A DNA stretch of 64,000 bases from Bacteroidales bacterium (GCA_035403225.1 DAONET010000012.1:216-64215), one strand, 5' to 3'. Positions 35,605-45,966 are shown, counted from the first letter of the stretch. Notes: generated by a model from the letters alone, not told the origin. Translations and numbers: made by a program.

Positions 35605-38454
35605 ATGATGACTGTTCCAGATAAAACTGATTATATCTTCGAATCCTATCCCGGGGATCCGTTGAAAACCCGCGTTTACACGCTGGACAACGGGTTGAAA
35701 GTGTTCATGAGCGTTTACCGGGATGCTCCCAGTATTCAGACGTATATCGCCGTGAAGGCCGGGAGCAAGAACGATCCTCCCGAGACCACCGGGTTGGCGC
35801 ACTATTTCGAGCACATGATGTTCAAGGGTACCGTACGCTTCGGGACCTCAGACTGGGAGAAGGAAAGACCGTATATCGAACAGATCGAACATCTTTTTGA
35901 AGAATACCGCACCCGGAAGGATGAGTCGGAACGGGCTTCCATCTACCGGGAAATCGACTGTCTTTCGTATGAGGCAAGCCAGATCGCCATTCCCAACGAA
36001 TACGACAAGTTGATGGATGCTATCGGAAGCCAGGGCTCAAATGCCGGAACATCCAACGATTACACGGTCTACATGGAAAACATTCCGGCCAACCAGGTAG
36101 AAAACTGGGCCAGGATTCAAGCCGAACGATTTTCAAACCCTGTTCTCCGGTTGTTTCATACCGAAGTGGAAACCGTCTTTGAAGAGAAAAACCGCTCGCT
36201 GACCAACGACCTGCGGAAAGTCAGTGAGACCATGTTCCGGACGCTTTTCCCCAACCACCCTTACGGGAGGCAGACGACGCTGGGTGAAGCAGAGCATCTT
36301 AAAAACCCTTCGATGAAGAATATCCGTGAGTTCTTCGCGAAGTACTATGTCCCGAATAATATGGCGGTATGCATGTCGGGCGACCTGGATCCGGATGCCA
36401 TGATCCGCATCATCGACCGTTATTTTGGAAAACTGAAACCGGGAACGGTCCCTGAGTTGTCATACGACGATTATCATCCCCTTACCCAACCGGGTATCGA
36501 AACCATCACCGGGCTGGAAGCAGAGAATGTCAGGCTTTCCTGGGGCTTCGGGGTCCCGGCTTCCTCTCGTGAAGCGCTGATCCTCCAGATGATCTCTGCC
36601 ATCCTGTTTAATGGAAAGACGGGTTTGATCGATCTGAACATCAACCAGCAGCAAAGAACCCTTGACGCCGATTGTTACCCCGGCATCATGAACGACTACT
36701 GTTACCTGACCATGAGTGGGCACCCGAAGACAGGTCAGACCCTTGACGAGGTGAAAGATCTTCTCCTGGAGCAGGTGATGAAACTGAAAAACGGAGATTT
36801 CCCCGAATGGCTGACAGAAGCGGTTGTCAATAACTTCAGGCTGACTTTGCTTCGTCAGAATCAGGACAACCAGGGCCGGGCGATGTCCATAGCCAATGCT
36901 TTCGTGAGCTGCATCCCGTATGAGCGGTTTGCACGGTTCATGGACGAAATCGGCAGCATCACACGCGATGAAATCCTGAATCTTTCCCATCAGATCACCG
37001 ATCAGAATTACTCTCTCATTTATAAAAAGCAAGGTCCTCCCGATGATGTCCTGAAGATCCCCAAACCTCCGATAACCCCGATCTGCATTAACTATAGTGC
37101 CGAATCAGCGTTTCTGAAAGAGATAAAAAACACTCCGGTCGAACCGATAGCGCCGGTATTCCTGGATTTTCAGAAGGACCTGGATACCGTCCGGCTTTCC
37201 CCGGTCTCCCGTCTTCTTTATACACAGAATACCGAAGACGAGACATTCTCCCTGACGCTGCATTTTAATTCCGGCAGAAACAGTGACAAGGAGCTTCATT
37301 TTGCCACGGCGCTCCTGCCCTATCTCGGGACATCCAAACATTCGGCCGCCTGGATCAAGCAAGAATTTTTCAGGATTGCCTGCGACTTCGATATCTGCGC
37401 CCGGGAGGAAGAGATCAACCTCACTATCAGCGGGCTGTCCAGCGGCTTTGAACGATCGATGGAGCTCACAGAGGAGTTACTGACTGACTGCCAGCCCGAC
37501 CAGCAAGTACTTGACGACCTGGTTATCAACGTACTTCAATCAAGACAGGATCAGAAATCAAGCCAGCAGGAAGTCTTTAACGCGCTGATCAGTTACGGCA
37601 CCTATGGTAAAGATTCTCCTTTTAAAAACCTGCTGCCGGAAAGAGATCTACGGTCATTGAAAGCGGAGGCGCTGGTTTCTTCCCTCCGCAAATTGTGCGG
37701 TTACCCGCATGATATTCTTTATTACGGACCGATGAAGACGGAGTCGGTCATCTCGTTCCTGCAACAGAATACCTGTGCCGTTTCTGCTCCCGGGACGCCT
37801 CGTGCGATGAAGTTGTATGTTGAACTCCCGACAACGGAAAATCGGGTGTTTTTTGTTCATTACGATGCCCAACAAGCCCGGCTTCAGACGATCATCCGTG
37901 AATTTCAATTTGATGCAAAGATGATGCCGGTTGTGACCCTGTTTGATCAATACATCAGCAATCTGTCTTTCAAGGAGCTGAGGGAGAAAAGGGCGTTGGC
38001 GTACACTGCCTGGTCACATCTGCGGACGCCGCGTGATCAGAAGAGATATTTCATGACCCTTGGTTTTGTCGGCACCCAGAATGATAAAGTAATGGATGCT
38101 TTTCAGGCTCTGGATGAATTGTATGATGAGATGCCGCTGACAGAAACCGGCTTCCAGGCCGCCGCTGATGCGGTGCTGAACCGTATTCGTTCCGAAAGGA
38201 TCACCAAATCAGCCATCCTGCAGAATTTTATCAACGCCGAGCGGAGAGGGCTTCAGACGGATATTCGAAAAGACATCTTTTTCGGGATACAGTCCATGAC
38301 AAGCCATGACATACGGCAGTTTCAGGAGAATTTTCTGAAATCAAAGGCTAAGACATACCTGGTGGCCGGAAAGGAGTCGGAAATGGATTTTGAGAAATTG
38401 TCTAAGCTTGGTTCTGTGATCCGTTTGTCGCCGGAGGATATCTTCGGCTATTAA
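35605..38454 (+). CDS. M16-family (insulinase/pitrilysin-like) zinc peptidase
   Basis: Inverted zinc motif HYFEHMMFKG, about 950 aa with a four-domain layout. The first ATG is at 35605; the track start at 35596 is TTG. Confidence 0.88.
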   Translation: MMTVPDKTDYIFESYPGDPLKTRVYTLDNGLKVFMSVYRDAPSIQTYIAVKAGSKNDPPETTGLAHYFEHMMFKGTVRFGTSDWEKERPYIEQIEHLFEEYRTRKDESERASIYREIDCLSYEASQIAIPNEYDKLMDAIGSQGSNAGTSNDYTVYMENIPANQVENWARIQAERFSNPVLRLFHTEVETVFEEKNRSLTNDLRKVSETMFRTLFPNHPYGRQTTLGEAEHLKNPSMKNIREFFAKYYVPNNMAVCMSGDLDPDAMIRIIDRYFGKLKPGTVPELSYDDYHPLTQPGIETITGLEAENVRLSWGFGVPASSREALILQMISAILFNGKTGLIDLNINQQQRTLDADCYPGIMNDYCYLTMSGHPKTGQTLDEVKDLLLEQVMKLKNGDFPEWLTEAVVNNFRLTLLRQNQDNQGRAMSIANAFVSCIPYERFARFMDEIGSITRDEILNLSHQITDQNYSLIYKKQGPPDDVLKIPKPPITPICINYSAESAFLKEIKNTPVEPIAPVFLDFQKDLDTVRLSPVSRLLYTQNTEDETFSLTLHFNSGRNSDKELHFATALLPYLGTSKHSAAWIKQEFFRIACDFDICAREEEINLTISGLSSGFERSMELTEELLTDCQPDQQVLDDLVINVLQSRQDQKSSQQEVFNALISYGTYGKDSPFKNLLPERDLRSLKAEALVSSLRKLCGYPHDILYYGPMKTESVISFLQQNTCAVSAPGTPRAMKLYVELPTTENRVFFVHYDAQQARLQTIIREFQFDAKMMPVVTLFDQYISNLSFKELREKRALAYTAWSHLRTPRDQKRYFMTLGFVGTQNDKVMDAFQALDELYDEMPLTETGFQAAADAVLNRIRSERITKSAILQNFINAERRGLQTDIRKDIFFGIQSMTSHDIRQFQENFLKSKAKTYLVAGKESEMDFEKLSKLGSVIRLSPEDIFGY

Positions 38455-38460
38455 AAAGAA

Positions 38461-38482
38461 AGAGCGATGTCACCACCGCTCT
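38461..38482. terminator. weak hairpin between convergent genes
   Basis: AGAGCG-n10-CGCTCT flanked by an A-rich and a T-rich run. Confidence 0.35.
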
Positions 38483-38497
38483 TACTCTTCAAACTTG

Positions 38498-39373
38498 TTA
38501 TTCCTGTTTTGGCTTTTCCTTGATGGGAAGGATACCGGCCATTTCTCCGATGACATTCACCAGGTCGGAGCCGGTCGGGACCACGATCTTCGCATTATCC
38601 TTCAGGGCTGTTTCCATAGCCTGAATGCGTCTCAGAAGTTGGGCGTTGCCGATAAAATATTTTTCAGCGGCTTCATTGACCAGCGCGATAGCCTGCGCTT
38701 CCCCTTCTGCCCGTAAGATATTACCTTGTCTGATCCCTTCAGCGCGGCGAATCTCGGCGCGTTTTTCACCATCGGCATGCGTTTCTGCTGCCGTAGCGAA
38801 GTCGATGGCTGAGATCTTTTCGTTTTCTGCTTTCACGATCTTATTCATGGTCTCCTGCACATCGCGGGGAGGCTCAATCTCTTTCAATTCGGTCCGGATG
38901 ATCTCGATACCCCAGGTGCTTGTTTCTGAAAGCAGGGTGGCGTGCAGTTCTTTGTTGATCTTGCCACGTTCACTGTTAGCCGACTTCAGGGTGAGCGTTC
39001 CGATAATGTTACGCAGGGTGGTCCGGGCAAGGTTGACGATCTGCCATTCGATTCTGTTTACGTTATACTGTGATTGTTTAACGCTGTTTTCGTCTGCTTT
39101 GATCCTGAAATAAACCTGTGCATCGACTTTCGCATTCAGGTTATCGTTGGTGATGATCTCCTGTGGTTCGGCATCGATCATCTTCTCAGTGATATTAACC
39201 TGAAACATCTTCATAACCCCCGGGAAAATCCAGTGAAATCCCGGTTGTGCAAAAGAAAAATATTTTCCAAACATTTCAATCAGCCCGCGGTGCGTGGGAC
39301 GAACGATCCTTACTCCTGCCAAAAAGAATAGCAGAAGAGCGATAATAATAAATACTAAGGTTACCTGGTTCAT
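38498..39373 (-). CDS. SPFH/band-7 (stomatin/HflC-like) membrane protein
   Basis: The start is refined to MNQVTLVFIIIALLLFF (TM helix). An SPFH core is followed by an Ala/Glu-rich coiled coil. Confidence 0.88.
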   Translation of the reverse strand: MNQVTLVFIIIALLLFFLAGVRIVRPTHRGLIEMFGKYFSFAQPGFHWIFPGVMKMFQVNITEKMIDAEPQEIITNDNLNAKVDAQVYFRIKADENSVKQSQYNVNRIEWQIVNLARTTLRNIIGTLTLKSANSERGKINKELHATLLSETSTWGIEIIRTELKEIEPPRDVQETMNKIVKAENEKISAIDFATAAETHADGEKRAEIRRAEGIRQGNILRAEGEAQAIALVNEAAEKYFIGNAQLLRRIQAMETALKDNAKIVVPTGSDLVNVIGEMAGILPIKEKPKQE

Positions 39374-39478
39374 GGTGTAAAAATTTTGGTTGAATAATTT
39401 TATAAAGCAAACATATAAAAAATAAGGTCTAAACATCACGTCATCTCACTTTTTGTCTCCTTTCGCGTGGTTATTTTG

Positions 39479-39486
39479 TATTTTTG
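39479..39486 (+). promoter_or_regulatory. -7 promoter box (TATTTTTG)
   Basis: TAnnTTTG match 27 nt upstream of the refined ATG at 39513. Confidence 0.45.
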
Positions 39487-39512
39487 ACGAAATAATATCA
39501 AAATCTCCCAAC

Positions 39513-41165
39513 ATGGCACAGAAAATCATTACCCTCCTGACCGTAGCTGTTCTGGCACTGGCAGTCGTGACCGGATGCAACCGCGCGGAGAAAAAAGCAG
39601 CCCTCTCGCATGAGGATTCCGTTATGTTAGAAAAAGTGAATGAATTTGCAGTTGTAAAACTGACCACGGACCTGAGTGTCCTGACTGAAAAAGAAAAGCA
39701 GATGATCCCATTGCTGATCCAGGCTGCCGACCTTGTCGACGATATTTACTGGGAGCAGACTATCGGGAAGAAAGAATCTTTCCTTGAATCCATTAAAGAT
39801 ACGCTGACCCGGAAATTTGCCGCGATCAACTATGGCCCCTGGGAACGCCTGAACGGCAACAAACCCTTCGTGGAAGGGTATGGCGAAAAGCCGGCCGGCG
39901 CCTGCTTCTACCCTGCCGATATGACGAAAGAAGAATTTGAAAAATGGGATAACAAAGACAAGACGAATCCTTATACGATCGTTGTCCGGAACGAAGATAA
40001 ATCGCTGAAATCCGTCTGGTACCACGAAGCCTATTCCGACCGTCTTCAAAAGGCTTCCCAGCTGTTAAAAGAAGCAGCAAAACTGGCAGAAGACCCGGGA
40101 TTAAAGAAATATTTGGAACTCAGAGCCGAGGCCCTGGTCACCGATGACTATTTTGCCAGTGACATGGCCTGGATGGACATGAAAACCAACACCCTTGACA
40201 TAGTTATCGGGCCTATCGAGAATTACGAAGATGAACTCTTTGGTTATAAAACTGCTTACGAAGGCGCTCTTCTGGTGAAGGATAAAGAATGGAGCAAGAA
40301 GCTGGCGAAGTATTCAGCCATGCTTCCCGCGTTGCAGAAGCAGCTTCCGGTGGATGATAAGTACAAGAAAGAGACGCCCGGCAGCGATTCAGACCTGAAC
40401 GCCTATGACATCATCTATGTCTCCGGACAATCCAACGAAGGAAGCAAGACCATTGCCATCAACCTCCCGAATGATGAAAAGGTACAGCTGGCGAAAGGTT
40501 CACGGCGTCTTCAGTTGAAGAATGCCATGAAAGCCAAGTTCGACAACATCCTGGTGCCCATCTCCAATGTCGTCATTGATCCGTCACAGCGCAGCCTGAT
40601 CAAGTTTGATGCCTTCTTCTCCAACGTGATGTTCCACGAAGTGGCTCACGGACTGGGTATTAAGAATACAATCACCGGGAAAGGAATGGTACGGGATGCC
40701 ATGAAGGAAAAATATTCCTCTTTTGAAGAAGCGAAAGCGGACATCCTCGGGCTGTTTATGGTGACCAAGCTTATCGAAGCAGGCGAGATCAAGGATGCGA
40801 CCGAAAACGAAGCCTATGCCACTTACATGGCCGGACTCATCAGGTCAGTCAGGTTTGGCGCTGCCAGCGCCCATGGAAAAGCCAACATGATGTGCTTTAA
40901 TTTCCTGGCAGACAAAGGCGCTTTCACCAGAAACGAAAGCGGGATGTATAAGGTCGATTTCGCAAAATTTAAAACAGCCATGAATGATTGGGCAGAGAAA
41001 GTCCTTATCTTCGAAGGCGACGGGGACTATGCCGGTGCTTCTGCCTACCTGGAAGCCAATGGAAAGATCCGGCCCGATCTGCAATCAGACCTTGACCGGA
41101 TTAAAGGCTCGAAAATTCCCGTGGACATCATTTATGACCAGGGAGCGAAAACATTGGGTTTATAA
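39513..41165 (+). CDS. DPP III (M49)-like zinc metallopeptidase lipoprotein, HEXXH subtype
   Basis: Lipobox at the refined start (LALAVVTGC). Zinc motifs are FHEVAHGLG and FEEAKADILG. Confidence 0.7.
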   Translation: MAQKIITLLTVAVLALAVVTGCNRAEKKAALSHEDSVMLEKVNEFAVVKLTTDLSVLTEKEKQMIPLLIQAADLVDDIYWEQTIGKKESFLESIKDTLTRKFAAINYGPWERLNGNKPFVEGYGEKPAGACFYPADMTKEEFEKWDNKDKTNPYTIVVRNEDKSLKSVWYHEAYSDRLQKASQLLKEAAKLAEDPGLKKYLELRAEALVTDDYFASDMAWMDMKTNTLDIVIGPIENYEDELFGYKTAYEGALLVKDKEWSKKLAKYSAMLPALQKQLPVDDKYKKETPGSDSDLNAYDIIYVSGQSNEGSKTIAINLPNDEKVQLAKGSRRLQLKNAMKAKFDNILVPISNVVIDPSQRSLIKFDAFFSNVMFHEVAHGLGIKNTITGKGMVRDAMKEKYSSFEEAKADILGLFMVTKLIEAGEIKDATENEAYATYMAGLIRSVRFGAASAHGKANMMCFNFLADKGAFTRNESGMYKVDFAKFKTAMNDWAEKVLIFEGDGDYAGASAYLEANGKIRPDLQSDLDRIKGSKIPVDIIYDQGAKTLGL

Positions 41166-41814
41166 GGCTGTCAGTTATCTCTGGGATTTCCCTGTAGAAA
41201 AGGCAACCTCAGAGATCAGCGGACAACTTCAGGTCAGGATGGTGAATGGCACGCGGGTGTTGGATTCACGGAATGCCAATTATTCCTATGGATCGCTGCA
41301 TCGTCTTTTTCGCAAAGCCTTTCGCCATCTTGACTTCTCTGAATTATCCCCTTCCTCCGGGATCCTTCTCCTGGGACTCGGCGCCGGAAGCGTAGTTTCC
41401 ATCCTGCGGAACGAATACGGAATACAAGTGCCCATCACGGCCGTTGACATCGACCCCGTGATCATCCGCCTCGCCACTCAGCATTTTGGAATCAGGCAAT
41501 ATGACGACCTGCGTATTATCTGTCAGGACGCATCAGTTTACCTGAAAGAAGAAAACGGATCATTCGGGTTGATCATCGTTGATCTGTTTGTAGACAATGA
41601 TGTCCCGGAACCATTCATTACCCCCGGTTTTCTTTCCGGTTGCCGCGACAAGATGACCAACGACGGCATCATGCTGTTCAACTTCATCGTACATACTAAA
41701 AAGCAGCAGGAACATTATCAGTCGTTGTGCGACAACCTCCATGCCCTTGGCATGACCTACACCATCAATAAGTATTTTTCCACCAACCGGGTACTGACTG
41801 TCCGCCGTTCCTGA
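41134..41814 (+). CDS. spermidine-synthase-like class I methyltransferase-fold protein
   Basis: LLLGLGAGSVV, AVDIDPVII and IIVDLF motifs. The in-frame ATG at 41134 overlaps the upstream gene by 32 nt; the track's 40984 start would overlap by 182 nt. Confidence 0.7.
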   Translation: MTRERKHWVYKAVSYLWDFPVEKATSEISGQLQVRMVNGTRVLDSRNANYSYGSLHRLFRKAFRHLDFSELSPSSGILLLGLGAGSVVSILRNEYGIQVPITAVDIDPVIIRLATQHFGIRQYDDLRIICQDASVYLKEENGSFGLIIVDLFVDNDVPEPFITPGFLSGCRDKMTNDGIMLFNFIVHTKKQQEHYQSLCDNLHALGMTYTINKYFSTNRVLTVRRS

Positions 41815-44784
41815 TCACCCGCCTCTCGGGTCTTTGCGGATGGGCATCTTCGCCATTTGTTTTACTTCCATCGAGGGGAACCCGAATTCCTCCACGATTT
41901 TTCCTTTCACCAGGTAGATCCCTTCGCCCCGGAACGGGTAATCTTTGAGGGAAGCAGGGAAATGAACGGTATCGAAGAACTGCCCGGTCACATCCAGAAA
42001 GGTTCCAAAGTTCATCCATTCGTTTTTGATCGTCCGAGCATATTTGATCGTGACCAGCAAACCCAGCATACGTACCGTTTTACCCGCGTACCTCATCATG
42101 TCGCCGGCCAGGATATCGCCCCTGTAGCGGGTTTCAAGCAGGTCGAACCAAGAGCTGGTGACAGGGAAGCCCAGCATCTCGATCTCATCATACACATCCG
42201 TGAGCGGGTCGTATTCCAGTTCCGGCATGAGGAATTGCTTCACCGGGGCGGGGAACAGGGCGGCGGGCAGGCCATCTTTCCCGGCTCCTCCGGCAACCGT
42301 CTTCCCCAACAGCATATGCGCTTCCCAAAGCAGCGCAGCTTTGGATTTCCCGGTAAAACGGAAGGCGCCGGTACGGATCAGGATGATCAGCTGGTCCAGG
42401 GTCACCGGCACCTGCTCAACAAAATCCTCCAGCCCGGTATATCGTCCGTTATCCGCCGCCCGTCGTCCTTCGACGACCATCTTCCCTACTGTTGCTTCGA
42501 GGTTCGCGACATGGATAAAACCCAGGTAGATATCCTTCCCCCGGATGCAGGTCTTGTATTCGCTGTTGTTGACACAGGGAGGGTGAAGATTCCCTCCGCA
42601 GATCCGGGCTTCGTTGAGGTAAACCCAGGAAGGGTAAAACCCTCCGAAATTATTAATCACTCCGACCATAAATTCAAGCGGGAACCATGCTTTCAGGAAA
42701 AGGCTCTGGTAGCTCTCCACCGCGTAAGACGCCGAATGGGCCTTGGAAAACGAATAGCCTGCAAACGATTCGATCTGACGCCACACCTCTTTGGTCACCT
42801 CTTCGGGGTAACCCGATTGGCGGCAGTTATCAAAAAAACGGTCGATGATTCGCTGTAATTCCTTTTTCGATCGGTACTTACCGCTCATGGCCCGCCGTAT
42901 CACATCGGCTTCTGAAAGGTCGAGACCGGCAAAATGATGGCATATCTTCAGCACATCCTCCTGATACACCATTACCCCGAACGTCTCTTTCAGCTGTTCC
43001 TCCATCACCGGGTGGAGATAGCGGAATTTACCGGGATGATGAAACCGGTAGATGTACTCCTTCATCATCCCCGATCGCGCCACTCCCGGCCGGATGATCG
43101 AACTGGCCGCCACCAGCGTGCGGTAATTGTCGCAATGCAGTTTCTTCAGCAAGCCGCGCATGGCAGGACTCTCCACGTAGAAGCAGCCGATGGTACGGGC
43201 TGACCGCAACAGATTCTTGACCTTTTCATCCTTCTTAAATCTCTCCACATCGTGAACATCCACGCTAATCCCCCTGTTCTTCCTGACGATGGCGGCTGTT
43301 TCGCAGATATGTCCGATCCCGCGCTGGCTGAGGATATCCATTTTTTCAAAGCCGATATCTTCCGCCACATACATATCCCACTGGGTAGTGGGAAACCCTT
43401 TGGGAGGCAGATCCAAGGCGGTATATGAATTTATCGGGGCATCGGAGACCAGTACTCCTCCGGCATGAATGGAACGGACGTTGGGAAAATCGGTCATCTT
43501 CTCCCCGATCTCGCAGATCCGGCGTATCACCCGGTTGTTGTTGATCGCTTCTTCCGGATGCTTCAGAAAAGTATCCATCTCGCTTTTCGGGAGTCCGTGC
43601 ACTTTTCCCAGTTCCCGGTAGATGGAATTCCCTTTGAAGGTAGACATGGCACCCAGCAGGGCGGTATGCCCATATCCGTGACGTTTGAAGATGTAATCCA
43701 GCACCTCGTCGCGCTCTTTCCAGGAATAATCAATATCGAAATCGGGTGGTGAGGTCCGTTTGGGGTTGATAAAACGCTCAAAATAGAGGTCCAGGTCGAT
43801 GGGATCAACATCCGTGATCTTCAGGCAATAGGCGATGATACTGTTCGCCCCGCTGCCCCGGCCTACATGATAGAAGCCTCTGCTCATGGAATAGCGGATG
43901 ATATCCCAGGCTATCAGGAAGTACGAGGCAAAGCCCATGTTGCTGATGATCTCCAACTCGTGGCGGATCCTTCGTGTTGCCTCCTGATGCCCGCGCCCGT
44001 ACCGATATTCCATCCCATCCATCGCCAGCTTCTCCAGCAGTATCCTGTCATCGCAGACCATCCCGGTAAAGCTTTTCTTGTTCTTGCAAGTATGAAAGTT
44101 GAAATCGATGCTGCAATCCTCCGTCAGCTTCCCGGTATTCCGGATGATGCCGGGAAAGTCGGCATACATCTTCTGCAACAGGCCGGGCGGGAGGAAATAT
44201 TCGTCGTTACGGCAGAGATGGCGAGGCTCTAATCTGGTGATCAACAAATTGTTGTCGATGGCTCTCAGGTTGCAATGAAGGTCATAGTCTGACTCTCCGC
44301 CGAGGGTGACCGGCGCCAGGATCACGGCGTTACGCAGGATGGAGTCATCGCGGCATAAGCGCAGCCGGGTAAGATCCGACGGGCGGACGCCGATAAACTC
44401 GTTCTCCCTCCTTTTTCCGCCCGGCGCCGTCAGGGTGGACATCGGGCGGATGACTACTGCATTTTCAAACGCCGGCGGGTGGTCGGGAAGCGGAAGACCC
44501 TTTACATTATGGAAAGTCAGGAATTCATTCAACTCCCGGAAGCCATCATTGTTCTTCGCCAGACCGATATATAACACCGCGTCGTCCCTTCTGAATTCGA
44601 TCCCGGCAATGGGCTTGATGTGATGCTCCCTGCAGGCACTGATGAACGTCATGATCCCTGTCGAATTGTTGATATCGGTCAGCGCCAGCGCCTGAATGCC
44701 CTGACCGGCGGCACGTTCGACAAGCGTCTCGACAGACATTGTACCGTAACGCAAGCTGTAATATGAATGACCGTTCAAATACAT
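41815..44784 (-). CDS. dnaE2: error-prone DNA polymerase III alpha-type (DnaE2/ImuC-like)
   Basis: N-terminal PHP domain (YLNGHSYYSLRYGT...ALALTDINN) plus a pol III alpha core, 989 aa. It is translationally coupled (10-nt overlap) to the upstream Y-family polymerase gene. Confidence 0.85.
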   Translation of the reverse strand: MYLNGHSYYSLRYGTMSVETLVERAAGQGIQALALTDINNSTGIMTFISACREHHIKPIAGIEFRRDDAVLYIGLAKNNDGFRELNEFLTFHNVKGLPLPDHPPAFENAVVIRPMSTLTAPGGKRRENEFIGVRPSDLTRLRLCRDDSILRNAVILAPVTLGGESDYDLHCNLRAIDNNLLITRLEPRHLCRNDEYFLPPGLLQKMYADFPGIIRNTGKLTEDCSIDFNFHTCKNKKSFTGMVCDDRILLEKLAMDGMEYRYGRGHQEATRRIRHELEIISNMGFASYFLIAWDIIRYSMSRGFYHVGRGSGANSIIAYCLKITDVDPIDLDLYFERFINPKRTSPPDFDIDYSWKERDEVLDYIFKRHGYGHTALLGAMSTFKGNSIYRELGKVHGLPKSEMDTFLKHPEEAINNNRVIRRICEIGEKMTDFPNVRSIHAGGVLVSDAPINSYTALDLPPKGFPTTQWDMYVAEDIGFEKMDILSQRGIGHICETAAIVRKNRGISVDVHDVERFKKDEKVKNLLRSARTIGCFYVESPAMRGLLKKLHCDNYRTLVAASSIIRPGVARSGMMKEYIYRFHHPGKFRYLHPVMEEQLKETFGVMVYQEDVLKICHHFAGLDLSEADVIRRAMSGKYRSKKELQRIIDRFFDNCRQSGYPEEVTKEVWRQIESFAGYSFSKAHSASYAVESYQSLFLKAWFPLEFMVGVINNFGGFYPSWVYLNEARICGGNLHPPCVNNSEYKTCIRGKDIYLGFIHVANLEATVGKMVVEGRRAADNGRYTGLEDFVEQVPVTLDQLIILIRTGAFRFTGKSKAALLWEAHMLLGKTVAGGAGKDGLPAALFPAPVKQFLMPELEYDPLTDVYDEIEMLGFPVTSSWFDLLETRYRGDILAGDMMRYAGKTVRMLGLLVTIKYARTIKNEWMNFGTFLDVTGQFFDTVHFPASLKDYPFRGEGIYLVKGKIVEEFGFPSMEVKQMAKMPIRKDPRGG

Positions 44785-45950
44785 TCCGCTTCGTCGCTCC
44801 TTACTGTCACTCCTCTCACCACGATGGACGGGCCATATTTTCTCCGCACCTTGTCCATGGCCTGGTAGAGGCTGATCATCTCCGTATTGTCTTCGAACAT
44901 ATTAAGTTGCGGGGCGCCGGGGATGAGCCGGCTGAAGCGCACCCCGATGAGGCGGATCAGCATGCGGCGCTGGTAAAGCCGGTCGAAAAGGCTCTTCACC
45001 AACGGGATCAGCTGGTGATCGTATGCTGTATAGGGGATGTTCTGCTGCATCGTATGGGTGTCGAAACCCGAGTAGCGGATCTTCACGGTTACGCAAGCCG
45101 TCAGTTTCTGCTGGTCACGCAGTTCAAACGCCAGCTTCTCGACCATCTTCACCAGGATCTCTTTCATCCGGACAATATCGATGGTATCCTGGTCAAACGT
45201 GGTCTCGGTGCTGATTGATTTCGCTTCGGAATAGGGATGCACCGGTGTATTGTCAATGCCGTTGGCTTTCTGCCAGATCACGATCCCGTTCTTCCCCATG
45301 ACCCGTTCCATCATCTCGGGCGGTACCAGGCGAAGGGTGTTGATGGTGATGATCCCCATCGAGCGCAACAAGTGACAGGTCTTCTCGCCGATCATCGGGA
45401 TCTTGCCGACAGGCAAAGGGTTAAGAAACGTCTGTACAGCGGGCTGCAACACCTCCAGCTCGCCATTGGGTTTGGCTTCGCCCGTGGCAATCTTAGAAAC
45501 AGTTTTGTTCACCGACAAACCGAAAGAGATCGGCAGTCCGGTGTTACGGATGATCGTCTGCCGCAGCTCATGCGACCACTGAAGCGTCCCGAAAAAACGA
45601 TCCATCCCCGTCACATCAATGTAATGCTCGTCTATCGAGGCTTTTTCATACACCGGCGCCCGCTCAGCGATGATATCCGTGACCATGTGGGAGTATTTCG
45701 AATAACACTCCATATCTCCCCGGATGAGCACCGCATCGCGGCATAATACCCTGGCCATCTTCATGGGCATGGCGGAATGCACCCCAAAACGGCGGGCCTC
45801 ATAGCTGCAACTCGACACCACGCTCCGGTCGGAAGCCCCTCCGATAATCACCGGCTTCCCTGCTAACTCGGGACGCATCAACCGCTCTACCGATACAAAA
45901 AAAGTATCGAGATCGAGATGAACAATATGCCGGTTGTCGGAATTGACCAT
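44775..45950 (-). CDS. dinB: Y-family DNA polymerase (Pol IV/DinB-like, catalytic residues intact)
   Basis: IVHLDLDTFFVSVE, SYEARRFGVHSAMP and SIDEHYIDVT motifs. Confidence 0.88.
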   Translation of the reverse strand: MVNSDNRHIVHLDLDTFFVSVERLMRPELAGKPVIIGGASDRSVVSSCSYEARRFGVHSAMPMKMARVLCRDAVLIRGDMECYSKYSHMVTDIIAERAPVYEKASIDEHYIDVTGMDRFFGTLQWSHELRQTIIRNTGLPISFGLSVNKTVSKIATGEAKPNGELEVLQPAVQTFLNPLPVGKIPMIGEKTCHLLRSMGIITINTLRLVPPEMMERVMGKNGIVIWQKANGIDNTPVHPYSEAKSISTETTFDQDTIDIVRMKEILVKMVEKLAFELRDQQKLTACVTVKIRYSGFDTHTMQQNIPYTAYDHQLIPLVKSLFDRLYQRRMLIRLIGVRFSRLIPGAPQLNMFEDNTEMISLYQAMDKVRRKYGPSIVVRGVTVRSDEAECI

Positions 45951-45958
45951 TTTTTAGT

Positions 45959-45966
45959 TATCTTTG
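45959..45966 (+). promoter_or_regulatory. -7 promoter box (TATCTTTG) of the LexA-like repressor gene
   Basis: TAnnTTTG match 41 nt upstream of the ATG at 46007. Confidence 0.45.

Noticed and set aside
40984-41133. The long upstream start for the methyltransferase-fold gene.
   Set aside because: It would overlap the M49-like gene by 182 nt. The conserved domain begins after the internal ATG at 41134.
41857-42858. A 333-aa ORF antisense to dnaE2. Similar long antisense ORFs occur at 4992-5765 (RND), 15806-16507 (carB), 21439-22308 (rarA/kdsA), 28401-29045 (GT4) and 35101-35814 (cyclase/M16).
   Set aside because: I checked the coordinates modulo 3 and every one is in the codon-aligned antisense frame of a well-supported gene. 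This is a codon-usage artefact (TTA/CTA/TCA depletion), not overlapping genes.
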